This document shows, piece after piece, positions 32,502 to 42,070 of a stretch of 64,000 nucleotides of DNA. Made by a program: the position numbers and the translations under genes. Source of the stretch: Candidatus Dadabacteria bacterium (GTDB lineage Bacteria; Desulfobacterota_D; UBA1144; Nemesobacterales; CSP1-2); assembly GCA_963805855.1 (NCBI GenBank), contig CAWDVW010000005.1, positions 992,001-1,056,000 on the forward strand, in the 5' to 3' direction. The stretch's first letter is position 1, and every line of letters begins with the position of its first letter. The notes beneath the pieces are model-generated. The model did not search any database. It saw nothing but the letters and a program-made list of their open reading frames with translations, and was not told the DNA's origin.

Positions 32502-34346
32502 ATGGAAAGGCCAGAAGAGAGACTAGATAAAGTCACTGTAAAATTTGCGGGGGATTCCGGGGACGGCATTCAGGTATTGGGAGACCAATTTGGCAATGTA
32601 ACGGCAGTGGTAGGCAATGACTTTGCCACATTGCCCGACTTTCCTGCCGAAATAAGAGCACCCCAAGGAACAACAGCCGGAGTATCCTCCTACCAGATTC
32701 AATTTGCCGCGTTCGACATCCATACACCCGGAGATAAACCCGATGTGCTGGTCGCGTTCAATCCAGCCGCTCTCAAGGTGAACATGCAATTCGTAAAACC
32801 GGGTGGAATCATCGTAGCAAATGAAGATGAATTTACCGAACAAAACCTTAAAAAAGTTGGTTTCGATTCTAATCCACTTGAAGATGATTCGCTCCATTCC
32901 TTCAGGGTTTATAAGGTCCCAATAACAAAACTTACACTCGAAGCACTCAAGGATGACACTATTGGGCACAGTGACAAGCTAAGATGCAAAAATTTTCTTG
33001 CACTTGGAGTGATCTCCTGGTTATTCTCGCGGCCACTTGATCCCGTTATAAATTTTCTAGATAAACGTTTCAAGGCCAAGCCGGAAATTATGGAAGCCAA
33101 TGTTAAAGCATTGAGAGCGGGATACAACATTTGCGACACTATGGAAATCTTCCCGGTACACTATCAGATCCCACCGGCAAAGCTAGCACCGGGGAAATAC
33201 AGGAATGTTAATGGCTCACTTGCCACGGTATACGGATTGATTGTAGCCGCAGATAGGTGTAATCTACCGCTCATTTATTCAGGTTACCCTATCACGCCGG
33301 CAAGTGACATTTTGCAACTCCTTTCGGCTCTCAAGCATCACGGGGTTGTATCTGTACAAACAGAAGACGAGATAGCTGCGATATCTATGGCTATAGGCTC
33401 ATGTTATTCCGGCGCACTTGGTGTAACAGGGACGAGCGGACCGGGACTTGCTTTGAAAATAGAGGCACTGAACCTCGCCACTATGACCGAATTGCCACTG
33501 GTAGTATTTGATTTCCAGCGTTCTGGAATTTCGACCGGCCTGCCTACAAAAACGGAACAAGGCGACCTGCTTTTTGCCCTCTTTGGAAGACCCTCTGACT
33601 CTCATGTAATTGTGCTGGCACCGTGCTCACCCTCAGACTGCTTCTGGACATCCATTGAAGCCATAAAGCTAGCCACCAAGTATATGACACCTGTAGTTGT
33701 TCTTTCCGAACAGTTTCTACTTCATTCTTCAGAGCCATGGAAATTGCCGGATTATGATAAGATACCTCCAATAGAGGTAAACTTCAGAACCGATCCAGAG
33801 GGTTATTATCCCTATATGAGGGATGATAAGACATTTGCAAGGCCATGGGTGAAATTGGGCACTCCCGGACTTGAGCACAGGATAGGTGGTCTTGAAAAAA
33901 GCAACATATACGGAAACGTTTCTTACGACCCCGAGAATCACGATTTCATGACTAAGACAAGGGCGCAAAAAATACAAAAGGTCCTCCAAGATATTCCCGA
34001 CGTAGAGGTTACGGGTCACCCTGAAGCGGAAATGATTGTGGTGGGTTGGGGAAGTACATACGGACATATAACGGCAGCCGTTGAATTGGCAATGCAGGAG
34101 GGCATGAAAATAGCGATGACCCACCTCCGACACCTCAATCCATTGCCAAAAAATCTTGGAGACGTACTTAGAAGTTACAAAAAGGTGCTCGTTCCCGAAT
34201 TAAATCTGGGTCAACTCAACTTTGTCCTTCGTGCCAAGTATCTTGTTGACACAAAGGGTTATGATAGAATCACGGGAAAGCCTTTTGACGTTAGTGAACT
34301 GTTAGAATTCTTTAAAGAAGAATATAAAGGACTTAAAAGGCATTAA
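32502..34346 (+). CDS. korA: 2-oxoacid:ferredoxin oxidoreductase alpha subunit (gamma-alpha fused)
   Basis: AGDSGDG, PAEIRAPQG, YPITPAS, EDEIAA, TSGPG. Confidence 0.92.
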   Translation: MERPEERLDKVTVKFAGDSGDGIQVLGDQFGNVTAVVGNDFATLPDFPAEIRAPQGTTAGVSSYQIQFAAFDIHTPGDKPDVLVAFNPAALKVNMQFVKPGGIIVANEDEFTEQNLKKVGFDSNPLEDDSLHSFRVYKVPITKLTLEALKDDTIGHSDKLRCKNFLALGVISWLFSRPLDPVINFLDKRFKAKPEIMEANVKALRAGYNICDTMEIFPVHYQIPPAKLAPGKYRNVNGSLATVYGLIVAADRCNLPLIYSGYPITPASDILQLLSALKHHGVVSVQTEDEIAAISMAIGSCYSGALGVTGTSGPGLALKIEALNLATMTELPLVVFDFQRSGISTGLPTKTEQGDLLFALFGRPSDSHVIVLAPCSPSDCFWTSIEAIKLATKYMTPVVVLSEQFLLHSSEPWKLPDYDKIPPIEVNFRTDPEGYYPYMRDDKTFARPWVKLGTPGLEHRIGGLEKSNIYGNVSYDPENHDFMTKTRAQKIQKVLQDIPDVEVTGHPEAEMIVVGWGSTYGHITAAVELAMQEGMKIAMTHLRHLNPLPKNLGDVLRSYKKVLVPELNLGQLNFVLRAKYLVDTKGYDRITGKPFDVSELLEFFKEEYKGLKRH

Positions 34347-34381
34347 TAAGAAATATTGAATAAAGAGGAGACAAAATTGTA

Positions 34382-35404
34382 ATGAGCACTACAACGGAAC
34401 ATATTGAGCAAATAAAATACAAATCTACCGATTTCAAGTCTGATCAGGAAATAAGATGGTGTCCGGGATGCGAGGACTACGCCATATTAAAGGCGTTTCA
34501 GACGGCTCTAGCTGAAATTGGGATCCCAAAGGAAAAACACGCTGTAATATCCGGAATCGGATGTTCAGCACGTCTACCATACTACATGGATACTTATGGC
34601 TTCCACACAATCCATGGCAGGGCAATCCCAGTCGCTACCGGTGTTAAGGTAGCAAATCCTGACCTTTCTGTATGGGTAATTACCGGAGACGGCGATGGAA
34701 TTTCAATTGGGGGTAATCACCTTATACATGTCATGAGGAGAAATGTTGATCTTACGATATTGCTCTTTGATAACAAGGTATATGGGCTCACGAAGGGGCA
34801 GTACTCGCCAACGAGCGACAAGGGAACAATAAATAAATCGGCACCGATGGGTTCCATAGAGGAACCTGTGCAACCCGTTACGCTTGCGCTCGCATCCGGT
34901 GCGACTTTTGTTGCTAGGACGTCCGCTTCCTATGTCCAGCATCTGAAAAATCTAATAATTGAAGCGCACAAACATAAAGGCACCTCATTTATTCACATCT
35001 ATCAGAACTGCTATGTATATAACGATGAGGCTTTTGACTATTTCACCGCAAAATCCGTCAGGAATGATAGAAACATCTTTCTCGAACATGGAAAGCCGAT
35101 GATTTATGGGAAAAATAGCGACAAAGGAATAAGGTTCAAGAGTGGAACAATCGAGATTGCCGAATTCGAGTCCGGGAACCCACCTGATGATATTATCGCA
35201 CATGACGAGACAGACCTCTCTCTTGCCTACACATTATCGAAAGTGTCTTGGCCAAAATACCCAGTCCCCATGGGTGTCATCAGAAGAGTTGAAAGACCGA
35301 CATTTGAAGGGCAAATATACGAGCAAGTAGATAGAGCAAAAAAGAAATTTCAACCGGATCTTAAGAAGCTAATTTATTCCAGCGATGTTTGGGAAGTCAA
35401 ATAA
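34382..35404 (+). CDS. korB: 2-oxoacid:ferredoxin oxidoreductase beta subunit
   Basis: WCPGC, SGIGCS, HGRA, GDGD, YGLTKGQYSPT. Confidence 0.92.
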   Translation: MSTTTEHIEQIKYKSTDFKSDQEIRWCPGCEDYAILKAFQTALAEIGIPKEKHAVISGIGCSARLPYYMDTYGFHTIHGRAIPVATGVKVANPDLSVWVITGDGDGISIGGNHLIHVMRRNVDLTILLFDNKVYGLTKGQYSPTSDKGTINKSAPMGSIEEPVQPVTLALASGATFVARTSASYVQHLKNLIIEAHKHKGTSFIHIYQNCYVYNDEAFDYFTAKSVRNDRNIFLEHGKPMIYGKNSDKGIRFKSGTIEIAEFESGNPPDDIIAHDETDLSLAYTLSKVSWPKYPVPMGVIRRVERPTFEGQIYEQVDRAKKKFQPDLKKLIYSSDVWEVK

Positions 35405-35502
35405 ATAGGCCTAATTCGGGCGCTTCTGAACCTGTCCAATACGTTTTATCCCGCGACCACTCATCCCGGTAGTCGTCCAACCTAATAACTCTAGAAAATA
35501 AA

Positions 35503-36348
35503 ATGAAGGTCACAAACCTGGACTGGAACCAAGTAGATTTGATCATCGAAAATGCCCTGAAGGAAGATATCGGAGAAGGGGATGTTACCACCGACCTGCT
35601 TTATCCGGAGGATATTAGATGTGATGCCATTATTCAGGCTAAAGAACAAGGAATTATGGCCGGTCTTCCAATAGCCGAAAGGATTTTTAAAAAGCTAAAT
35701 AATGATATCCAATGGGTTGAGAATAAAAGAGATGGTGAAAGCGTAGCAAAAGGCGATATTCTCGTCAAAATCCATGGATCTGAAAAGGCAATTCTCACTG
35801 GAGAGCGAGTCGCCCTGAACTTTATACAAAGGCTCTCAGGTATTGCAACGCTAACATCAAAATTTGTGAAAGCTGTCGAGGGTCTATCGGCAAAAATAAC
35901 CGACACACGAAAGACAGTCCCGGGCCTCAGAATCCTCGACAAATATGCAGTCCGCACCGGCGGTGGTCACAATCATCGCATGGGACTGTTTGACGGAATC
36001 TTGATTAAAGATAATCACCTGAAGCTCATAGGAAGCATTACCGAGGCAATAAGCAGAATTAAGAAAATGACGGGAGGCCGATTTCAAATAGAGGTTGAAA
36101 CATCAAGGCTAGAAGAGGTGAGAGAAGCACTGGCCGCCGGCGCTGATATAATAATGCTCGATAACATGTCCCTAAACACAATGAGAAAATCGGTTGAGAT
36201 GATAAACGGTAGGGCGCTAATCGAGGCCTCGGGTGGAATTACCCTGAGAAATGTAAGAAAAGTTGCGGAAACCGGGGTCAATATAATTTCAATAGGCTCA
36301 TTAACACATTCTCCCAAGGCTTTAGACATCAGTCTATATCTGGTATAG
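35503..36348 (+). CDS. nadC: quinolinate phosphoribosyltransferase
   Basis: DTRKTVPG, HRMGLFD, IKDNH, IMLDN, EASGG. Confidence 0.96.
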   Translation: MKVTNLDWNQVDLIIENALKEDIGEGDVTTDLLYPEDIRCDAIIQAKEQGIMAGLPIAERIFKKLNNDIQWVENKRDGESVAKGDILVKIHGSEKAILTGERVALNFIQRLSGIATLTSKFVKAVEGLSAKITDTRKTVPGLRILDKYAVRTGGGHNHRMGLFDGILIKDNHLKLIGSITEAISRIKKMTGGRFQIEVETSRLEEVREALAAGADIIMLDNMSLNTMRKSVEMINGRALIEASGGITLRNVRKVAETGVNIISIGSLTHSPKALDISLYLV

Positions 36349-36389
36349 TTTTACACATTATTGAATGGGGAAAGGAAGGTTTTAATAAA

Positions 36390-37340
36390 ATGGAAGACCG
36401 TACTTTGGTAGTGGAAGAAATCAACAGGCTCAGAAATGAAAAGAATGCCATTATCATTGCTCACAACTATCAAGTTCCAGAGGTCCAGGAAATTGCCGAT
36501 TTCACGGGTGATTCTCTCGCCCTGTCTCAGCTTGCAGGAAAGACAGATGCCGATGTAATAGTTTTCTGCGGCGTTCATTTCATGGCTGAGACAGCGTCAA
36601 TCATATCTCCAGATAAAAGGGTCTTAATACCCGATCTGGAGGCCGGATGTTCCCTTTCTGATACTATAACAGCCCAACAACTGAGAAAATGGAAAAGCGA
36701 CCATCCAGGTGCAGTTGTTGTTTCCTACGTTAACACATCAGCCGAGGTAAAAGCAGAAAGCGATTATTGTTGTACCTCATCAAACGCAGTAAAAATTGTG
36801 AGTTCTATTCCTGAGGAAAAGGAAATACTTTTTCTCCCTGATATGTTCCTTGGGGCCTATGTCGGGAAGGTCACTGGTAGAAAGATTCACCTATGGCTGG
36901 GAGAGTGCCATGTTCACGCGGGAATAAGACCAAAGGATATCAAACAAATTGGAGATGCTCACCCTGATGCAGAAATGTTAATCCATCCTGAATGCGGTTG
37001 CACAACCTCGTTCATTTACCATACATGTAATGGTTTCGACGGAGATAAAAACGTTCATATCCTCTCAACAGGAGGTATGATTGAATATGCGAAGAGCTCT
37101 GACTCGAGTGAATTTATAGTGGCTACAGAAACGGGGATGCTCCACAGGTTGAGAAAAGATAACCCCGGAAAAGCCTTTTATCCAGCAAACGAGAATGCTG
37201 TTTGCAAGTACATGAAAATGATTACGATAGAAAAGGTTCTCAGCTCACTTCAAGACGATAAATACGAGGTAAAGGTACCAGAAGAGATCGCTGAAAAGGC
37301 AAAACAAGCCATTGACCGGATGCTAGAGCTTTCACATTAA
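36390..37340 (+). CDS. nadA: quinolinate synthase
   Basis: AHNYQ, FCGVHFMAET, AGCSL, HPEC, CKYMK. Confidence 0.96.
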   Translation: MEDRTLVVEEINRLRNEKNAIIIAHNYQVPEVQEIADFTGDSLALSQLAGKTDADVIVFCGVHFMAETASIISPDKRVLIPDLEAGCSLSDTITAQQLRKWKSDHPGAVVVSYVNTSAEVKAESDYCCTSSNAVKIVSSIPEEKEILFLPDMFLGAYVGKVTGRKIHLWLGECHVHAGIRPKDIKQIGDAHPDAEMLIHPECGCTTSFIYHTCNGFDGDKNVHILSTGGMIEYAKSSDSSEFIVATETGMLHRLRKDNPGKAFYPANENAVCKYMKMITIEKVLSSLQDDKYEVKVPEEIAEKAKQAIDRMLELSH

Positions 37341-37954
37341 GGCTTTTTATCTATAAAAAATCTCGGTTTACTTTGTTTGAAACTGTTCTCAAACCACACA
37401 TCGAACTCGTCTTCACCTTCTCTATCAATGTTTTCCTTGTCCAAATTCCAGGTCAGTGGGTTATTCTTAATGTATTCACGTATTCGGGTTAAGGAGTCCT
37501 CATCCCTGATGATGTGCTCATAATAATTCCGTTGCCATACTGAGACATTTGCTGTATCCCGTATAGCATTTATTTGTTTTGAGGATTTCATTTTAAACGT
37601 TCCAACAATTTTAGGAATTAACATTTGACGTCGTTTCATTTTATGATTTCTGTTTTGTAGGGGCACTTCATGAATTGCCCCTACCTTCTCTTCAACCATA
37701 ATAATTCCATGCACATGATTAGGCATCACAACAAAGGCATCTGTTTTTACATTTGGATATAACTGGTTCAGATCCTTCCAAAAACCTAATATAATCTTTC
37801 CATAATTATTGATCGTAAACTTCCCAGCAACATCTTTACCGAATAAACATAACCTATCCTTTGTACAAATCGTGAGAAAATACGCCCCAGCCTGCGAATA
37901 ATCATATTCGTTCAAGCGAATAGATCGTCGACCTTTTCCAGAAACAGTAGACAT
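37337..37954 (-). CDS. REP-associated tyrosine transposase-like (IS200/Y1 HUH) protein
   Basis: RRSIRL..YDYS..GAYFLTICT, HUH motif MPNHVHGI, WQRNYYEHIIR, EYIKNNP. Confidence 0.9.
   Translation of the reverse strand: MSTVSGKGRRSIRLNEYDYSQAGAYFLTICTKDRLCLFGKDVAGKFTINNYGKIILGFWKDLNQLYPNVKTDAFVVMPNHVHGIIMVEEKVGAIHEVPLQNRNHKMKRRQMLIPKIVGTFKMKSSKQINAIRDTANVSVWQRNYYEHIIRDEDSLTRIREYIKNNPLTWNLDKENIDREGEDEFDVWFENSFKQSKPRFFIDKKP
37657..37684. repeat. 28-bp GTAG-type REP-like palindrome inside the RAYT-like gene
   Basis: GTAGGGGCACTTCA|TGAATTGCCCCTAC (one mismatch), translated in frame as VGAIHEVPLQ. Confidence 0.8.
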
Positions 37955-37962
37955 TTTTATTC

Positions 37963-39690
37963 TCAATATCCCTCAGTCAAACTGCCGGGCGTCCTTGGAT
38001 CGGATGCTCCGTAAAGGAAATCCCCAATTTTCACAACACTTTCGGTGCTACCAATCGTGTTCCCAATCAAAACCCTGTGTCCCATCTCCCTTAAAAGTCT
38101 CACAGCGTCCCCGTTTAATCCCTCCTCAACAACCACTTCATCCGGCAGCCACTGATGATGAACCCTTACCGCATTTGTGGCAGCAGCGATGTTCATATCG
38201 AAATCAACGACATTAAGAATAATTTGTAGCACAGCAGTTATAATCCTGCTCCCTCCCGGACTTCCGGTAATCAGATAAGGCTTGTTATCTTTCAACACTA
38301 TCGTCGGTGTCATTGAACTCAACATTCTTTTCTCAGGCTCGATAGAATTGTACTCACCCCCTATAAGGCCATATGCGTTTGGCACCCCCGGTTTAGAAGA
38401 AAAATCGTCCATCTCATTATTCAATAAGATCCCCGTACCGGGAACCGTAAGCTTTGTTCCATAGCTGAAATTTAGGGTATAGGTATTTGAAACAGCATTG
38501 CCATGTCTATCAATTACTGAAAAATGCGTGGTATCTACGCCCTCCTTATACCTGCCAGGGGTTCCAGGAGAGATTTTTCCGCTTGGTGTTGCCCTTTCAG
38601 TATTTAATTTCCTCTGCAGCTCGTTCGCATAGTCCTTTGATATCAATCCTGCCACAGGAACAGCAACGAAATCAGGATCTCCAAGATACTTAGATCTGTC
38701 TGCAAAGGCCAGTTTCATCGTCTCGACAAGCGTATGAATCGTCTTAGCAGTATTATGCCCATATAATCCTCTGGGAAATCTCTCAAGTATATTTAGCATT
38801 TGAATCAGATGCACGCCCCCTGAGCTGGGCGGAGGCATTGAATATATATCATATCCCCTGAAGGTACCATGAACAGGCTCACGAATGACAGGGGTATAGG
38901 AAGCCAGATCTTCAAAGGTAATCAATCCACCATCTCCCTTCATATAATGAACGATTTTCTCAGCTATCTTTCCTTTGTAAAATGCATCCGCGCCATTCTG
39001 CGCTATTTGTCCGAGGCTCCATGCCAAGTCTTTCTGTCGAAAGGCCTCCCCCTCATCATAAGATGCTCCCCCGTGCTTATAAAATATCTTCATGCTAGCA
39101 GTCGAAGCCATCATCCCATCCTTTACAGTTGTAAGGGATCTTTTAAGCTCCGAGTCCATTGGGAATCCTTTTTCAGCCAACTCGATAGCCGGCCGTAGGG
39201 CTCTTTCTAGGGAGATTGTGCCGTATTTATCGAGGGCCAACGCGAGCCCCGCCACGGTACCGGGAACGCCCACTGCCAGTAAACTGTGGAGTGACTTTTC
39301 ACTATCGACATTTCCCTTCTCGTCTAGAAACATATCTCTTGATGCAGCCTTCGGAGCCCTTTCTCTATAATCGATAGCCACCACTTTTTTCGGATCGGCC
39401 ATATAGATCAACATAAAGCCACCCCCACCCAAATTACCTGCTCGGGGAAAGGTAACTGCCAGCGTAAACCCAACAGTAACAGCAGCGTCGACGGCGTTTC
39501 CTCCTTCCTTTAACACCTGAAGACCAGCCTCTGTCGCGTACATATTCGCGGATGAGACCATCCCCTTCCTAGCTACGACAGGTTGAAAAATATCCTTCGG
39601 ATCGTCGATGGGTAGTTCCTGGGCAGTTAACGCATTGGAAGCAAATAACAAAAGAAGAAATGCGATTACCAAAATCTTCTTCGCATGCAT
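37963..39690 (-). CDS. ggt: gamma-glutamyltransferase
   Basis: GGNAVDAA, GGGGF, TTHFSVID, LLNNEMDDF, SSMTP, GSPGG; signal peptide. Confidence 0.96.
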   Translation of the reverse strand: MHAKKILVIAFLLLLFASNALTAQELPIDDPKDIFQPVVARKGMVSSANMYATEAGLQVLKEGGNAVDAAVTVGFTLAVTFPRAGNLGGGGFMLIYMADPKKVVAIDYRERAPKAASRDMFLDEKGNVDSEKSLHSLLAVGVPGTVAGLALALDKYGTISLERALRPAIELAEKGFPMDSELKRSLTTVKDGMMASTASMKIFYKHGGASYDEGEAFRQKDLAWSLGQIAQNGADAFYKGKIAEKIVHYMKGDGGLITFEDLASYTPVIREPVHGTFRGYDIYSMPPPSSGGVHLIQMLNILERFPRGLYGHNTAKTIHTLVETMKLAFADRSKYLGDPDFVAVPVAGLISKDYANELQRKLNTERATPSGKISPGTPGRYKEGVDTTHFSVIDRHGNAVSNTYTLNFSYGTKLTVPGTGILLNNEMDDFSSKPGVPNAYGLIGGEYNSIEPEKRMLSSMTPTIVLKDNKPYLITGSPGGSRIITAVLQIILNVVDFDMNIAAATNAVRVHHQWLPDEVVVEEGLNGDAVRLLREMGHRVLIGNTIGSTESVVKIGDFLYGASDPRTPGSLTEGY

Positions 39691-39981
39691 GGGATATGGT
39701 TTAGTGTTATTTTTAATCATAATGAGGTTACTCAAATTATGAAACATACATAATGTATAAAATATTTCCGTTAATCAAAGCAGTCTTCGTCTACAATGCA
39801 GGATTCTTAAGGACAACCGGTTACGGAATTTTCAATTTAGCAATCTTGGATTGGAGGTGGGCGATGTCCGGAAAAGAGATTTTGTACTAGCCGAGAAGAA
39901 AGAAAGCAATCTCCTCGACTTCTTCCTTGAACGAAACCCAGATAAATTAGCTTTCTTAAACTTCAATGAATCTAGGACTAG

Positions 39982-40803
39982 CTAGGGTGTAAAACACTCA
40001 TCGGGCAACTTCCTTACGATTCTCGTACTGGGCTTGTCCTTAGCTTCTAATTCCTGTCGCCTTACCCTCGGTGTTAACCACCAGGCCAAATCACTGCCAC
40101 AGCCGATCCCTTCCGTAACCGCTTCCTGCGGCCTGCACAATGGATTATCATCCGGGCAGCGAAGGCGCACATGAAAGTGACCGTCATGCCCCCACCAAGG
40201 CCTTATCTTTTCCAACCACTGCTCGCCTGGAAACATCTCGCAAAGTCTTTTTTTTATTACCGGATTAACGAAAATTCTTTCAACATCAATGTATGAGGCA
40301 GCCAGTTTTAAGATTTTGGCATGCAGAGGACTCCACTTGGTCGGGTCAATACCTGTAAGATTGGGGTTTAGTAAAGACAGGGGCTCAATCATTTCTCTCT
40401 CGGCAAGGGTGAGACTTCTTACCGTAGCAATTGGATGCTGCCAGAACAGAATGTCGGCATCAAGGCCGATCTGATGACTGCTATGTCCATCCGGCATAGG
40501 CCCGCCGTTTTTCTGTGAAAGATCACCAATCAGCAAAGTTGCTCCGTATAAACCGTAGGCCTCTCTAGCCAGGGACTGGATAAATTTAATGAGCTCAGGG
40601 TGTCCGTAAAACCTGTCCCTGCTCAGCCTGATGACCTGATAACCTACGCCGTCTCGAGGCAGCGCGGAAGAGTGTTTGATACAACCCGCCGTATAAAAAC
40701 CAATGGTCTGTGCCTTTGCAAGCTCTGAGGCATTTAATTCACGTAATGATTGTAAAGATATTATAAGAAAAATAGTAAGATAAAAGTACTTAAGTTGTTT
40801 CAT
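39982..40803 (-). CDS. mepA: penicillin-insensitive murein endopeptidase
   Basis: IGFYTAGC, YGHP, HSSHQIGLDADI, HDGHFHVRL. Confidence 0.92.
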   Translation of the reverse strand: MKQLKYFYLTIFLIISLQSLRELNASELAKAQTIGFYTAGCIKHSSALPRDGVGYQVIRLSRDRFYGHPELIKFIQSLAREAYGLYGATLLIGDLSQKNGGPMPDGHSSHQIGLDADILFWQHPIATVRSLTLAEREMIEPLSLLNPNLTGIDPTKWSPLHAKILKLAASYIDVERIFVNPVIKKRLCEMFPGEQWLEKIRPWWGHDGHFHVRLRCPDDNPLCRPQEAVTEGIGCGSDLAWWLTPRVRRQELEAKDKPSTRIVRKLPDECFTP

Positions 40804-40966
40804 TCTCCATCCACAAAATACAAGGCCCTAAAATAATTAATAAGTTTTTCTATTCTAAACTAAAAATCCTACCAAATCACTATCTATAGCAAAATATACG
40901 AAATAGATCTCTCCCAACTAATTTACTAACATAGAAGGCAAATCGAAAAGTGCTAAGTCACATCTT

Positions 40967-41203
40967 ATCATTCCCGAGAACTGTAAGTGGGAACCCACCC
41001 CCCTGTCATTCCCGCGGATTGTTAGCGGGAATCTATGTCTTTGTTTCTGGATCCCCGACAAAGCTTGTCCCCTCATGCATATGGCGGGGAGTCCTCTGGG
41101 ATGACACAACGACTAAAAATCTAATTCAACCACAACCCGGTCATCCTGAATTTATTTCAGGATCTAATAAAAACACGAGATGCTGAAACAAGTCCAGCAT
41201 GAC
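40967..41203. repeat. cluster of GTCATTCCCG/GTCATCCTG palindromic elements
   Basis: TCATTCCCG..GGGAA, GTCATTCCCGC..GCGGGAATC..GGATCCCCG..GGGATGAC, GTCATCCTGAA..TTCAGGATCT..AGATGCTG..CAGCATGAC. Confidence 0.7.
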
Positions 41204-41476
41204 TGACTATGACATTCAAGGTCTTGACGCAATTTTTGGAAGGCCGTTTAAGTCCTTTTCATTCTCCAAAGGATTAGCGAAAATAAATCTATTCATGAAA
41301 TTGTGCGGATTTTGCACAAGAAATATCTGGCTTCTACAATTGCGAAGCATGTTCCGGCCTCTCTTCGAGATCTATTCAGAGCCTCATCGGCCAAGAGTCC
41401 CGAGATTTTAGAAAGACTATCTGCTGAACCTATGAAAATATTACAATATGAATAGCGCCTTATACGGATAATCTAC

Positions 41477-41833
41477 TTAATCATCCACTATTTCTACCTT
41501 TATATACTCCCCACCTTCGGGAACCCTCACCTCAGTGCCGTCGCTTAATTTAATTTCAAAATCGGCCCTGTATGATCCGGTGATGTCTGTTTCTCCAGGT
41601 TTCCACTCATATCTCCCGATGCCAGTCAATGGACTTACAACTACTTCGCCTTCACCTTCGATCCTTTTGACATCTGTAGGTTCCTCTGGTCCTTCCATAA
41701 AGAACTTTATTTGAGCTCCCGTCAAATTGACCGGTAAAAAGGTATCCATATCAAATAGTCTGAATTGCACAGAAGGACTGATTTTCCCCCTTTTAATCTT
41801 CAATAACTTCTCTACTTCGATCCTTAATTTCAT
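41477..41833 (-). CDS. BppU N-terminal-like (phage baseplate upper protein) domain protein
   Basis: IKRG..P, PVNLTGA.I.F.M, G...Y.W...T...GSY.ADFEI..SDG....P pattern. Confidence 0.6.
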   Translation of the reverse strand: MKLRIEVEKLLKIKRGKISPSVQFRLFDMDTFLPVNLTGAQIKFFMEGPEEPTDVKRIEGEGEVVVSPLTGIGRYEWKPGETDITGSYRADFEIKLSDGTEVRVPEGGEYIKVEIVDD

Positions 41834-42070
41834 TTTTCAAATTATATTTCGTGAGTCAATTAATTCATCCTTGTAAGAATTAAGAAAAGATTATGCCTGA
41901 ACGAAGAGCGCACGAGCAAGCTGCAAATTATCGGAGTGCTCAGGCAGACTCCACAAAATAGGAAACAATGGTTGTTTCAGTGCATGTTGAAGTTTTCCTT
42001 AACAATCAAAAAAAATGTAGTACAATTCCTTGTCAATACAATCAGTAAAGATCCTCATAGTGCCCGGGAA

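Noticed and set aside
35405-35502. NAD-sensing riboswitch before nadC
   Set aside because: No recognisable consensus or convincing stems
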